Below, one piece after another: positions 50,384 to 62,766 of a stretch of DNA of 64,000 bases. The stretch spans positions 248,001 through 312,000 of the forward strand of contig MU626259.1 of NCBI GenBank assembly GCA_025603075.1, read 5' to 3'. How positions within the stretch are numbered: the first letter of the stretch is position 1; every line of letters starts with the position of its first letter. The notes under the pieces were generated by a model, which saw only the letters and a list, made by a program, of their open reading frames with translations, was not told where the DNA came from and searched no databases. The translations under genes were made by a program, and so were the position numbers. This stretch comes from Neoconidiobolus thromboides FSU 785 (taxonomy: Eukaryota > Fungi > Entomophthoromycota).

Positions 50384-50557
50384 CCTCTATTAGATCACTA
50401 TCTATGTTTTAGACGCTTTCATTTAATTTTGTTATTAATGTCTTTTACCTGAATCTAAAAATATAGTATTGTACGTAACCTATATATTCAAGTAAAAGAC
50501 ATTAATAACAAAATTAAATGAAAGCGTCTAAAACATAGATAGTGATCTAAATATAGG
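50384..50557. repeat. Fold-back element with 58-bp perfect inverted arms
   Basis: 50391-50448 is the exact reverse complement of 50492-50549. Imperfect pairing continues inward and outward. Confidence 0.92.
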
Positions 50558-51240
50558 TTTCACATAAATAATTTTGATTATTTATTAAAAGGATGCAAAG
50601 TTATTAGCTGCAAGGGTGAAATTTTATTGTGTACAAAATTAGAGTTTATTTTCGAGTACAGAAACTTTCATGTTGCAGTTCTACACCTTCAGAAATTATT
50701 TTTCGTTAAATTAACTAAAACTATTCGAAAACCTTCGACTAAGCTAGTGTTTAATTTAAGAATATGCTAAGTTGCATGCATTTGCCATTAACTTTTATAG
50801 CTTATTAGACTAACTCAAAGCAAGTAATTGATAAGTCTGGATTGAGTGAGGTCAAACTTAATATAACTAATCTAAGAGTAATGTCGAATTTCTTTGGGTA
50901 AAACAATGCAACTGCAACTGATGATATCAAGACTAATCCAACCTAACCAAACAGCTATTTGTAATACTTAATAAAAATGGAAAATAACTTAATAAATAAA
51001 TTCAGCTTTAATATCGCTTACATAATACTCATTTAAATTCATAAGGATTAAAATGCTTTAATCTATATTTTAAATGACTAATTGCTTCGAATGAAATATT
51101 TATTTAATCTGTTAAACGCCTTGGCATTAATACTAAAGAATGTGAAGCTCCAATAAGCTATCTTATTTTCTTTGGCCACTACATCTATACCAACAAACTG
51201 TCACTCGAAAATATTCAAGCTTTTTTTACAAAAATTTAGG

Positions 51241-51347
51241 ATATGGGAGTGTTTTTTTTGACTTCATTATTTTTTCCATTTTTTAAGCACTATTTGAGTG
51301 GAAAATTTGTTGGTAAAATTCTTAAATACAAAAATACATCCCCATAT
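51241..51347 (-). mobile_element. MITE-like family A copy (well preserved)
   Basis: atatgggagtgttttttttg...aaatacaaaaatacatccccatat. Confidence 0.9.
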
Positions 51348-53717
51348 GAAAGTTTTGTAAACAATATATAGATAACTGCAAATAAACAGAGTAAAAATAA
51401 GTTTGAAATGCTTTATTTAAAATAAATTACTAGGTACGTTTATATCTAGTACGTGAAATAGATGTTAGCCCAAACAAGTTGGAATAAAGTGATGATTTAT
51501 AGTACAAATGCTAAAAAATAAGGTCAGGATAATCAATATCAAATAACTATACGAAGGAGAAGTTGCTGTTACGAGAGTAAAGCAATGAATAAGAATAATA
51601 GAACAAGTTTAATGAAGATTCAATTATCTTAACTGAATGGGAGTAAGAGAGACGGTGATAGTTGAGTAATGTTTACCATTCATTGAATATCCTTTATTTA
51701 GTAAATCTTCGAAGTGGATATCTCTTAATTTTTGATCAATTACTTTTTCAACCTTTTTTTCCTTAAGCAATATCACCTCACTACCACTCAGTTGACTAAA
51801 CTTCTTTATACTATTCATTTTGCTATTTACTTTCCAGCTTATCCTTTTGTTGTCTTTGTCCTGAAATATAACGTAACCCTGTACTTGTTGCATGATTTGA
51901 AATTTTAAAATATAGATTGGTATTAAATTTCGAGTTTACTTTCTTTATATACTTTTATCTTGAAAAAATCACACGGTATTAGAGATGTGAATTGTGATAA
52001 ATAGAATAAAGGAGTTATAAATATCTTTTTATCTCATCTCACAGAGACTTTTATAGTAACAATCGTAAGAAACCTTATTTTCTACAAAATTCTATTCTTA
52101 CCTTACAAAATTAATTTCTTATTTTAGCTGTTTACTTATGATTTAATAACCTTGGTTTTAATCAGTTTTCTGTATAACTTGTTTTTATTTTATAATCATT
52201 ATAATATTTATATATTATATATTATATTACATTATATTATAAATACTACATCTTTATATACCATTTCTTCCGTATTATGTCTCAAATATTATATTGCCGG
52301 AGTTTATATAAAGCAATATTAATACTATTGTCCCAAAGAATGATTTGAACAATAACTCAACTTAATTAATAATGATAAAGTCAAATAAACCCGACAAGCC
52401 AGCTAAAATAGGTAATGCAATTAAAGTTACTAAATCTTTATCAATGGTTTTCAATTGGTTCACTATTAATTTTATAATGTATTAATCTAGAACTTCCTAC
52501 TTCGAATTTTTTTTGTAATTCATTTGATTATCCTATGATATGAATTTGGCCAATTAAAATCGTTGCTTCTTACTATTAATTTTTTTTATAAATTAAAACT
52601 TGCTAATTCGAGCTTAACAAAGTATAAAACGGGATGTTGGTGTTAACATACCCTTACATCCTACCTTTGATTACAAACTTCTATTTCGATTCATTTTTTG
52701 TTGTTTGTGTTATATTACTTTTGATTATTTTATATAATTTATTTCTGTTTAATTTATTTTCTATATGGCTTTTCAAAATTCATTCAAAATATAAGCTGAT
52801 ATAATTTTAAAACACTAGACAAGTCATTTAAACTTAACTATCCCTTAAAGATAACAAATATAAGTAGCTCAAAAATAATAACTATATATAGGGAATATGT
52901 TTTTAAAATTTATATTATTTTAAATAAATTTAGTTTCAACTTTATTAAAGAAATTTATTAGTAATTCATTCTTTAAGCCATACACCATTACTATTAATCA
53001 TTATTTCTCATATTACCGTGTTATCAGGATGGATCATCTACCTTTATTAATAAATTATGGTGATTCACCGTAATGGCCGTTTGGTCATTATTATGTTATA
53101 ATTTATGTTATTAATTGGCGATGATATCAAGACAAGAGAATGAAAGGGAAAAACCTTTGTAAAATATAGGAATTGGCATACTAAGGTTAGAAAAAAATCC
53201 AATTACTATATATAATTAGAAGCTAAATCCTAAAGGTTGATGTTTGATTTATTAATACATTATTAATTTAATTATTATTCATATCTTATTATTAATCCGT
53301 ATAATTTGCCAAGTCATTACCAACTGAGTTTAAGCTTATAAAAGATATGACTTTCAAAGCTATCACCTCAATCCCTTGGATGTAATGTGGGAGGATCTAA
53401 TTAAAACAAAATATGGTTCATGAGAAAAAGTAAGCCGACAACTAATTACAAGGAATAGGAGATTATTTACTAGATCCCTGTTAAAAATAAATCGGCTATA
53501 GTTAATTTAACATAATAGAAGTTAAGCTGTTTACTTCCAAATGCAAAACCCATCTACTCTAAGCCTATTCTAACATCTTTATTTTGCCAATTCCAAAGCT
53601 AACCCAGATCTAAATTATAAGGGTTCAATGTTGACATTAAATTAAAAGTTATGTAATCACTTAGGTAAAGTTTGAATTAAATTTATGACTAAATAAAATC
53701 CGAAGGCGAAAAATAAT

Positions 53718-53790
53718 TGGAGTAGCAGGGTTTCGATCCCCGTGCCCCTCGCATGCAAAGCGAGTACTCTACCGATTGAGCTACTACCCC
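53718..53790 (-). tRNA. tRNA-Ala(TGC)
   Basis: GGGGTAGTAGCTCAATCGGTAGAGTACTCGCTTTGCATGCGAGGGGCACGGGGATCGAAACCCTGCTACTCCA; anticodon arm CTCGC-TTTGCAT-GCGAG; G3:U70 alanine identity pair. Confidence 0.95.
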
Positions 53791-53929
53791 AACTTAGTAT
53801 GAGAAAATAAGCAAAAAATAGTATTTAATATTTTAAATTATTGCAGCTAATGTTAAAAATGTCTTATACTTGTTTTTAGTATATTGGCTAAGATTTAAAA
53901 CTAAGTTACATTTAAATAGAAATATGAGG

Positions 53930-54034
53930 ATATGGCGATGCTTTTTTTTCTTCATTACTTTCTTCATCTTTAGGTGCTGTTTGAGCGGAAAGATTGTTAA
54001 CAAAATTCTTAAACGAAAAAATACATTCCCATAT
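53930..54034 (-). mobile_element. MITE-like family A copy, about 140 bp upstream of tRNA-Ala
   Basis: atatggcgatgctttttttt...gtgctgtttgagcggaaagattgttaacaaaattcttaaacgaaaaaatacattcccatat. Confidence 0.82.
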
Positions 54035-54400
54035 TCAAATTGGTTTCAAAATTTACTTAAATTTGGATTAAGTCCTTAATGGATAATCTGGTCAAATTTA
54101 AAAAGCTTAGTAAAATAAAAAAAATATTAAATTTTGCTATTAATAATAAATTTAATCAAATAATATATAAAGTTTAATATTTTTCTAATAAATATAAGAG
54201 TCTTAAATTTGATATAAGCAAAATTTAGTATGCTTATTTAAAGACAATTAATAATAACGAAATAATAATATTACAACTTATCATAGAAAATATATAAGAA
54301 ATGAAATAAAAATAAGAAGATCTTTTAATAAAAAAAAGTTATAAATTTAGACCATTATAACAAATAAGCTACATTAATATTAAAGTTCAGTGTTTTATAT

Positions 54401-54708
54401 ATATGTTTGAATTGATTTCATTTTTAAATATTCTAAATTTTAAGGACTTAACAAATTCTTTATTAAAAACCGAAAGTATTTGACAGTTTTAAATTACTTT
54501 ATCATAATTTATATAATAAGTTAGCCGAAATTCTAGGATTAATAAGGCTTTTACTAATATAACTTATATGTTGATATTAATCAAAGTTGTAGTGTATAAG
54601 TAAATATACATTCCTATAAAACTTCATTGCGAGATGTTTATTATTGACTACTTTATACCCAACATCGCAGATTTACTATCAAATAAATAAACAATTTTAA
54701 TTTTATAA
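54401..54708 (+). repeat. Dispersed repeat family B copy
   Basis: About 300-bp match to the reverse complement of 44455-44773 (for example gccgaaattctaggattaataaggcttttactaatataac; acccaacatcgcagatttactatcaaataaataaacaattttaatttt). Confidence 0.85.
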
Positions 54709-54718
54709 TACATCATTA

Positions 54719-54817
54719 ATATGAGGATGTTTAGTTTTATTACTTTTTCCATATTTTAAGCACTATTTGAGTGGAAATTTCATTAGTAAATTCTTGAACC
54801 TAAAAATACATCACCAT
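54719..54817 (-). mobile_element. MITE-like family A copy abutting family B
   Basis: atatgaggatgt...tttttccatattttaagcactatttgagtggaaatttcattagtaaattcttgaacctaaaaatacatcacca. Confidence 0.8.
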
Positions 54818-55476
54818 TTCTTTTTTCATTATTAAAAATCCCATAAACTTTGGGTTATTATAAATAGTCGTTGAAATTAATATAAATGAATAACAATTTC
54901 ATATGATATACTTTTCTTTATTGTATTAAAATTTTCAAAAATTTCACTTTGAAGTTTAGTTATAAAAGTTTATATTTTGTTCTTATTTTAATAAAAGGTA
55001 AAGACAAATATTTATATATTTATTAAATATCTGATGAAAATAATACAAAATACATAAAAAAATAAATAAATCAAAATAAGTTTTTTGAGTTAACTAATAC
55101 AAATTTAAAAAGCTTAAAATTAAATAAAAAATTAAGTAAATTCTGAAACTAATTTGGACATCTCCATTATATCAAAAATAGTTTTTATTAAAATGTAGGT
55201 TACAAGCTGTTTTTAATTTTTAGTAAAAGTATTAAAATTAAATCAGGCTCAAATTGATCTATACTATCAATTGCAGTATTTCAATAACCCTTAAAGATAT
55301 AGTGAGTTGTTATAATTAACCTTCAAGGAAACATGTAAAAAAATAAAATCTGAACCTTTGATAAAAATAAAAGTCAATTATTCTAAAATAAGTATAAAGA
55401 GAATATTATGGGAAGTTAACAATCGTCTATACATAACTATTAGATACTATTTATATTTAATTTTTTATTAGCTATA

Positions 55477-56163
55477 TTACAATTTAATTTCAAATAAGGA
55501 GATAATTTTCCTATCTTCAAAATGTAAGGTATTATCAATTGGACATTCCAACAAGTAGCTTGATGTTGTCAAGCCAAAAGTCTCTTGAAGTGAATGGGGT
55601 AAAGGAGAGTTCGAATTACTTGATGAGTTTATATTGCCATCTTTTTTATATGTTGATGAAGCACTACTAGCTTCATTATCGCTAGTAAACCTCTTAATCT
55701 CTAATACATCTTTCTTGAAATAATAATGTTCAGGGATATCAAGTTGCTTTAAGGAGGAATTTCTAGGCCTTAAAAGGTCACAATGTTTTGACTTATCATT
55801 GTATACATAGTTTACTAACTGGAATTTTCTATCATCGATCCCTTGAATTGTATATGTCCTCTTTATTAGATTTGAATATTCATTATTATTCTTATTTTTA
55901 TTTGTTCTCTCATAATAGCTAAAAAAGCCTTTATAATACCTTGATTTTGACCATGATTTACCATCTGTCCAGCGACACATACTAGAACTACTTTCTTCCC
56001 ATACAAAACAAGCCCCTGAATTAATCAATTTCTTTTCATTAGAGTCTAATCTTCGTTTAATTAAACTTAAGTAGCCTAAACGGGATGCCTCGATGATAAT
56101 CAAGGCATCTTTGTAATCTTCAATATAGCCATGAAATAGAGATAATTTTGGGTTAGTTAGCAT
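55477..56163 (-). CDS. Gti1/Pac2 (WOPR) family transcription factor
   Basis: FHGYIEDYKDALIIIEASRLG...RRL...INSGACFVWEE...RWTDGKSWSKSR...Y-x-E and LIKRT...QLVNY...L-x-RP. Confidence 0.92.
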   Translation of the reverse strand: MLTNPKLSLFHGYIEDYKDALIIIEASRLGYLSLIKRRLDSNEKKLINSGACFVWEESSSSMCRWTDGKSWSKSRYYKGFFSYYERTNKNKNNNEYSNLIKRTYTIQGIDDRKFQLVNYVYNDKSKHCDLLRPRNSSLKQLDIPEHYYFKKDVLEIKRFTSDNEASSASSTYKKDGNINSSSNSNSPLPHSLQETFGLTTSSYLLECPIDNTLHFEDRKIISLFEIKL

Positions 56164-58153
56164 TTTTGTATATAATATAATTCTATTAAAGTTTACCGTT
56201 CCTTCTTTTTATAGTTTTTATATTTACCCTAAATAATGTTCGCTGAAACTCAATAGTAACTTTATAATGGCATTACAAGGAATCTAATTGAGTCGAAATA
56301 TGATTTAATAAAATTAACTTAGAAATTCAAAAAATTAAGCTTGTGGAGGTTTTGGTTTAATTATTTATGCAAATTCTTGAACCAGTTCGTTCTGTAAAGC
56401 CTGGATTCTGTATATATTTCTATATGGCTAATTGATATTAGAATAGATAAAATAAAATTAATAATATATGAAACAAAAATTTATTTATTTATTCACTTTT
56501 ATTTGTTTATATTCTCAAGTATACAACAGTAATCAAGTTATAACATTGTATCCTTGTTTAAAATCCAAAAACCTTAATACTCAACAATATTAATAACAAA
56601 ATTGAGCTATTTTTAAACTGCAAACTTAACACTTTGTTATTAATATAAAACCTATTAATTTAAATTTAAATTTAAAATAAAAAATAATCTAAGGCATAGT
56701 TTTAATAAACTATCCGATTGTATGTCAATTATTTTTTAGTTCATAAAAGTCCAAATTCGGAGACGATCTTTAATTAAAAATAGCTGCATTTTTTTTGTTA
56801 AAACAATTTAGTAAAAAATTCTAAAAGTTATATCACCTTATAAAAATTTCCTTGTTTTCGGGATTTTTTAATTAAACTCAATTATTTGCTTAAAGTTAAT
56901 AGTTTATTTTAAAGCCAAGTGATCGAATTTTCCACCTTTTTATTCAATCTTTCATTGTAATGCTAATAATAAATACCGCCGACCATTTCAAATAAATCAT
57001 ATAATTCTTTATAAATATAATTAACCTTAAACGTGTGAAGCCTGGTTTTTAGATTATTTACTTCTATAAGCTATGGTACTATACAAATTAAAGAATAGCC
57101 ACCTAAATAATTTTAATGATATCTATACTTGAAAATATTTTGATATTCAGAGAAATAGCTTTCCATTTGATCTTTTAGTAAAAACAAGAATACTCAAATT
57201 AAACTACTATTTGCCTTAAATAGTAATTTAATCTTTCGTTTTTTTATGCACTATACCTTTTTAACTATTATAAGAGTAATGAATGTAAATACTTCCAAGG
57301 GTTTTATTAACAAAAATTAATCAAATTAAATTATAAAAAATATTTGTATACTCTATCTTAATTGCTTAAAATTTTTATTAGGGTTTAGCTATAACTTGGA
57401 TTGAAGACCAAAAAACTTCAGTTTTGGCATCTAATTTCCATTTACTATCATAGTTTTAGAACTACATTATTTAAACTTTCAACTTTAATTATCCTCTGAG
57501 GCGAATAATTCGAATATATCTATCATGGCCATTATGATACAGTTAACGGATAAAGCTCGAAAGTATTAGCTAATTGAATTAATTTATAATGAAATATATA
57601 GATCAGAAACTCATTTGTTAGCTAAAATTTTACAGCTTTAGCCGTTAACAGCGGGTTTTGGTCATCAAAAATATACTCATATTATTCGATCAAGAGGATA
57701 GTGTTGATATTTTGTAACTACTTTATTATCAGCCCAACTCTAAGGCTATTTTTATTTGATATTTTATTTTCGTATCAAAAGTAGCATAAAATTCGATTCT
57801 AATATTAGCTTATTTTGTTAGTATCTAATACTTCGAATTACTTTACAGGATAGAAAACAAATAAAAATGTTGAAAATTGTCATAAATCCAGATTATATAA
57901 CGGCTTATTATTAATTAGCATTAATTAAAATATAAGCCTTGTATAAGATTTATTAAATAATCATTAACTTTTATAGTAAGATGTCGCATTATCCAAAAAA
58001 ACAAAAACTTACTTACATTCTTAAGAAACTATTTTAGTTAAATCAAATGATTAAACTCCTTCAAGTACTAAAACGACAAAACAATCAAGTTGACGTTTAA
58101 ATAAGCTGTTTTTATTTATTAATTCATTCAATTGTAAAATCCTATCAACTATA

Positions 58154-60272
58154 TCAATTATTCTCCTTTTTTTCAGTATGAGGTTGTTGGATATAACTTT
58201 TCCTTTCCTCCGTTAATTTCCAAGTCTTAGGATACTGCCATTCTAAATTAGACATAGGGAATTCATTAAAACCTAATAACAAAGTTGGAACATTTGTAAC
58301 ATCGCTTTGTATTAAATGGAGCTTGTTTATTTCTGAATCCAGATTAATTTCCATATCCTTGATTTCTTTAATAAATTGATTAATTTTTTGTAATCTTCCA
58401 ATCTCTTTTATTTTTTCATTCTCAGCACCTTTCTGATAACTAAATGCTCCCTCTCTCACTTGACTAAATGCTCTTTTTAACTTATCATTCATATTTAATA
58501 CATCTTCAAGCCTTTCTTCATTATTTTCTACGCTCAAAATACCACTTCCACTAATATATTCTCTGATTGACTCGACTTTATTCTTAATACATTCCAACGA
58601 TGCCCTTTGTTCATCAATATGACTATCCACTTCCTTATTCCCAAATTTACAATAATTCAAAGCATGCTCGGTGAGTTCTAATCCTTTTGTTATTATTTGC
58701 TGCTTAAACTCCGCATGTGCTTTTTTCATTTCATCATACTCACTTAATTCGGATAGATTCATTATTTCTATACCATTTATTCTAGAAATTTTATTCTTTA
58801 TCGCTCTTTCTAAGCTATGAGACATTTCTAATGCCTTTTGTTTTAACTCTTCACTTTGTTTTCTATACTCATCTAAACTTTGATCGTTCATTTCTTCTAC
58901 CTTTTTAAAAACTACTTCCAATTGAGTTTGGGTTCTATAAATTTCTTTTCTAAACTCTTCAACCTTTACTTTTGTAATTTCCCTTTGTTTTAGATTTTCC
59001 TCTTTTATCTTCGCCCTCACCTCTTCCAATTTAGTAATATTCAAACCTATGCCACTCACAATATTATTATCCATCCTATTTAATTTAGAACTCATAACTT
59101 CCCTTTGCCATTTTACCTAATAAAGTTAAGTTTTTTAATTAAAATAAACTTAGTTTGTTACCATATCTCTATATGCTTTGTTCTCCACCTCTTTCTTCCT
59201 CGTAAGATCTAAAACCTTTTCCAACTGATCTTTCATATGGTTTAACAAATCGCCACTCTTATTTTTAATTTCAGAGTTCATCTCGCTCATATACCTATTT
59301 ACTTGTCCATTATGAAATTCAATATCGGCCTCTAAATCTTTGATCTCTTTTAATATACCATCATCATTATTTCTTCCATCCTTTTCTTCGATACCTTGGC
59401 ACTAAAATGTTATTAATTGACTCTTTAATAAGGTTAATTAAACTTACCATTTCCAATCCATACTCAATTTCAGCTACTTTAGATTCAAAGAAACTCATCT
59501 GATTACAATAAGTTTCTTGATAATCATTCATACTATTTATGATCTTTTCAATTTCTTGTTTCCGATTACCTTTAGTCTCTTTTTGGCCTAAGCTCCTATT
59601 TTTAGTAGAATCTCCTTTAAATAAATTAAATTATTAAAATATTAATAACTAGATATTTTACCCAAATATTTTTTAATAGCTTTTATCCTTTCATCCCTGT
59701 CCTTCACTTCTTTTGCTAGACTGTCTGCTATCGAATGCAACTCTGATTCATTTTTCTTATATTGTTCAATAATCTTTTGAGAAGCGAACAGTTTTGTTGT
59801 TAGCTTTTTAATCTCTTCATTCTTTACTTTCAGTATGCGTTCTTCTTTTAGGAATAATTTTTGAGCATGCTCGTATTCTTGCTTCAAATGATCATAACTC
59901 TGTTTCAACCTATTATCTGAAACACCACTCAATTCTTTGGCAACTAAATTATCATTTGAGTAGTTGGACTTATTTCTACTTACTGCTTTGTTTTCGCTTT
60001 TGAGTTTCTAGATTAAATTGATACTGAATTCTAATTATGCATAAATCTTCTTACTTTTAATTCTTGTTTTAGTTGACTGTTCTCCTCATTTAACATTTTG
60101 TTCTCTTCTCTTGCAAGTTCTCTTTCATTTTTGAGTTTCTAGATTAAATTAATTTTATTTTCTAATCATGTATATATTTGCTTACATTGTAATCTTGTTT
60201 CAGAATATTATTTTCCTTTTCCAAGACTAAAAGCCTAGAGCTTTCATCCTTTTGTGAATTCGTGCCATCCAT
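58154..60272 (-). CDS. Multi-exon long coiled-coil protein
   Basis: ATG at 60272 (MDGTNSQKDESSRLLVLEKENNILKQDYN|). ORFs 59642 and 58154 are linked by exons flanked by GT/AG. E/K/L-rich heptads throughout. Exact exon count not fully resolved. Confidence 0.75.
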
Positions 60273-60627
60273 ATTTCTCCTTATGTTGATTAGTATTATA
60301 TTATTTTAAAAATAAAAGTAATCACTTCAAAAAATAAATCAAACCCTTTGTTTATTTTCAACTTTGAAGTATTCGATTTTTAGCAAATTAAACTCCATAA
60401 TCATTGAATGAAATTTTCATCATTATAAAATAGGCTAAAATAATCACTAAAATAAACGATATATAAAATAATGATAAATATACAACAAAATATTTCATTT
60501 TTATTAAAATAAATTAAATCTAAAGATTCCTATTAACATCTGCTAGTTCATTGGTTAGTTAACTCCAGAACAAAAGCTGTCAAAGACACTGCTTAACTAA
60601 ATAATACACTAAAATTAGATAATAAAA

Positions 60628-62000
60628 CTAGAGCCAATGGCTTAGTTTTTCACATAATAACTCATACGTCAGTAAAGTTAAGGTGGTACTTGGTACCGTC
60701 CTTAATAAATTAGTAGGAAACCCTTTATAAAAAGCAGAAGCTCCTTCTTCTTTAAATATAGTGAGACAGGCATGTCTCACCCCGAGATATTTGTACGGTG
60801 GTTTCGTCTGATTTTGTAATCGAGTTCGAACCACTTCATGAGGATATGTACATAGAGAAGCGGCCATAATGGAAATAGATGAGGCCATTAATATCGTTCC
60901 TTTAGCTATTTTTCCATCATTGTTATCATTAGGAGCTTGAAATGGGTTATTAAATTTTAGAATCTCTTAAATATCATTAATTTTACCAAATTTCACTTTC
61001 AGTCTTTCGTAAAGTGGAAATTGAACAATGACATGAGATACACCTATTAAAGAAGGTACTAACCCTCTATAAAATCCAGAAATTCCTTCTTGTAACCATA
61101 TTTTTTTAAAGGCATCTATGGTGCCATTATAACAATAAACGGTTGTTTTTGATTGTGTCTTTTAAATGGTTAATATAAACAAATTTTATTTAAGTTCATT
61201 ACCATAATTCGAGTTTTTATAACCCATAATGGTGTTGTTGCTATGGTCGAAACACAACCTGCTATCATGGCAGAAATCATATGTACAAATGAACTATTGA
61301 CTTCTTTGCCTAAAGTTAAAAATTAACTAATAAAAATTACAATTAGATAAGGTTACTAACCAAGTAAATTAGTCGACCAAGGTTTTAAGGCATGATAGCA
61401 TGAAAAATAGATTGCCCAAGATGGTAAATACCCTAATATTGTTGGATTTAATCCTCTATATAATCCATTGATTCCTTCTTCTTTAAATATAACCCTTAAT
61501 GGCGCTAAAAAAGATCAATACTAATTTAGAATCCATTTTGAAAAAAGTACCTATAGCACCTTTATAGTAGGTGGAACCGGGTATAACTTTACTTTGATTT
61601 TGTAATCGAGTTTTAACTACATCTAATGGACAAGTTACTATGGATGCTACTAAACCAGCACCGGCTCCAGCTAACGTATGTTTGATTTGTTCACCCCTAT
61701 ATCTATTTTAATTAACTAACTAGGCTAATAATTATTTATAACTAACTACTTTAGAATTCCTTCTGTATTTGGGGGATTGACTTTCATCTCAATATTAAGA
61801 TCTTTTTTTTCTAAACTTTAGTTCATTTAATTGGATTAATTGGATTAGTTTTAAGTCCTTCTTACCAATTTCTACACCCTAGCATATACCATGCCATATC
61901 CTTATCCTTTTATACACCTTCTTTTTTACCTCTCTATTATTTACTTGTTTAACTTTTTTATTTCTATTACTTTCAACCAATTCTTCGTCACTTTTAAAAA
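60628..62000 (-). CDS. Mitochondrial carrier, NAD+/folate subfamily (Ndt1/Yia6, SLC25A32-like), multi-exon; 5' end unresolved
   Basis: Three carrier repeats: AGAGAGLVASIVTCPLDVVKTRLQ, GLYRGLNPTILGYLPSWAIYF, TTPLWVIKTRIM, LIGVSHVIVQFPLYE, TYPHEVVRTRLQ, YKGFPTNLLRTVPS. Confidence 0.9.
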
Positions 62001-62265
62001 TCTAAATTTAAAATTTGTTAACCTTTATGCTAATCATAGGAATGTTGGATCTTAAATAGTCCAAGCCATTGGCTTAAAATAGAAAATTCAAGCTAATTAG
62101 ACCAATCATTACCTCATTTTAATTCTACTTTTAAAAACAATTTAACACAACACAGCAGTCACAAGCTTCAATTTGTTCTAAGGACAAAATTTTACAATAA
62201 ATAATGTGTCCAATGATTTGAACTTGATTTTTTAGTTAATAAAAAATGTGAAATTTAAAATAATT

Positions 62266-62347
62266 TGTCAACTGTGGGGTTCGAACCCACGCCTCTCTCG
62301 AGATTGCATCTTAAGTGCAACGCCTTAGACCGCTCGGCCAAATTGAC
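62266..62347 (-). tRNA. tRNA-Leu(TAA)
   Basis: GTCAATTTGGCCGAGCGGTCTAAGGCGTTGCACTTAAGATGCAATCTCGAGAGAGGCGTGGGTTCGAACCCCACAGTTGACA; long variable arm; anticodon arm TTGCA-CTTAAGA-TGCAA. Confidence 0.96.
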
Positions 62348-62531
62348 TTTATTACATATAAGAAACCAAAAATTACTAATAAATGTATTAAAATTTCTGG
62401 AACATTTTTAAATAGATTGAGCATTTGAATCTTAAGCTAAGAAAGGAAAAAAAATTCACTAATTAGATAATTAAATTTTTGATACAGCTGCTAAAGTGAA
62501 GAGTGAAAAGCTTAGAGTTATTTGGACGAGT

Positions 62532-62636
62532 ATATAGGAGTTTTTTTGGCTTCATTACTTTTTCCATTTTTAAGCACTATTTGAGCAGAAAATTCGTTAG
62601 TAAAACTCTTAAGCGCAAAAAAACATCCCTCTATAT
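62532..62636 (-). mobile_element. MITE-like family A copy, about 185 bp upstream of tRNA-Leu
   Basis: atataggagtttttttggcttcattactttttccatttttaagcactatttgagcagaaaattcgttagtaaaactcttaagcgcaaaaaaacatccctctatat. Confidence 0.85.
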
Positions 62637-62659
62637 TTTTTAATTATATAATATAAAAT

Positions 62660-62766
62660 ATATGGGGATGTATTTTTGTATTTGAGGATTTTACTAACAA
62701 ATTTTCCATTTAAATAGCGCTTAAAAGACGGAAAAAATAATGAAGCCAAAAAAAACATACCCATAT
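62660..62766 (+). mobile_element. MITE-like family A copy (inverted partner of the preceding copy)
   Basis: atatggggatgtatttttgtatttgaggattttactaacaaattttcc...gaagccaaaaaaaacatacccatat. Confidence 0.9.

Noticed and set aside
51624-51893. 89-aa ORF in a repeat-rich intergenic region
   Set aside because: No recognisable motif or splice partners. It may be a decayed mobile-element fragment, but I cannot support a call.
53718-53790. A54 (GATCGAAA) T-loop in tRNA-Ala, suggesting an initiator-like or defective tRNA
   Set aside because: A54 is known in eukaryotic tRNA-Ala, and G3:U70 and the stems are intact.
53870-54079. 69-aa ORF
   Set aside because: It is mostly a translation of a MITE family A copy.
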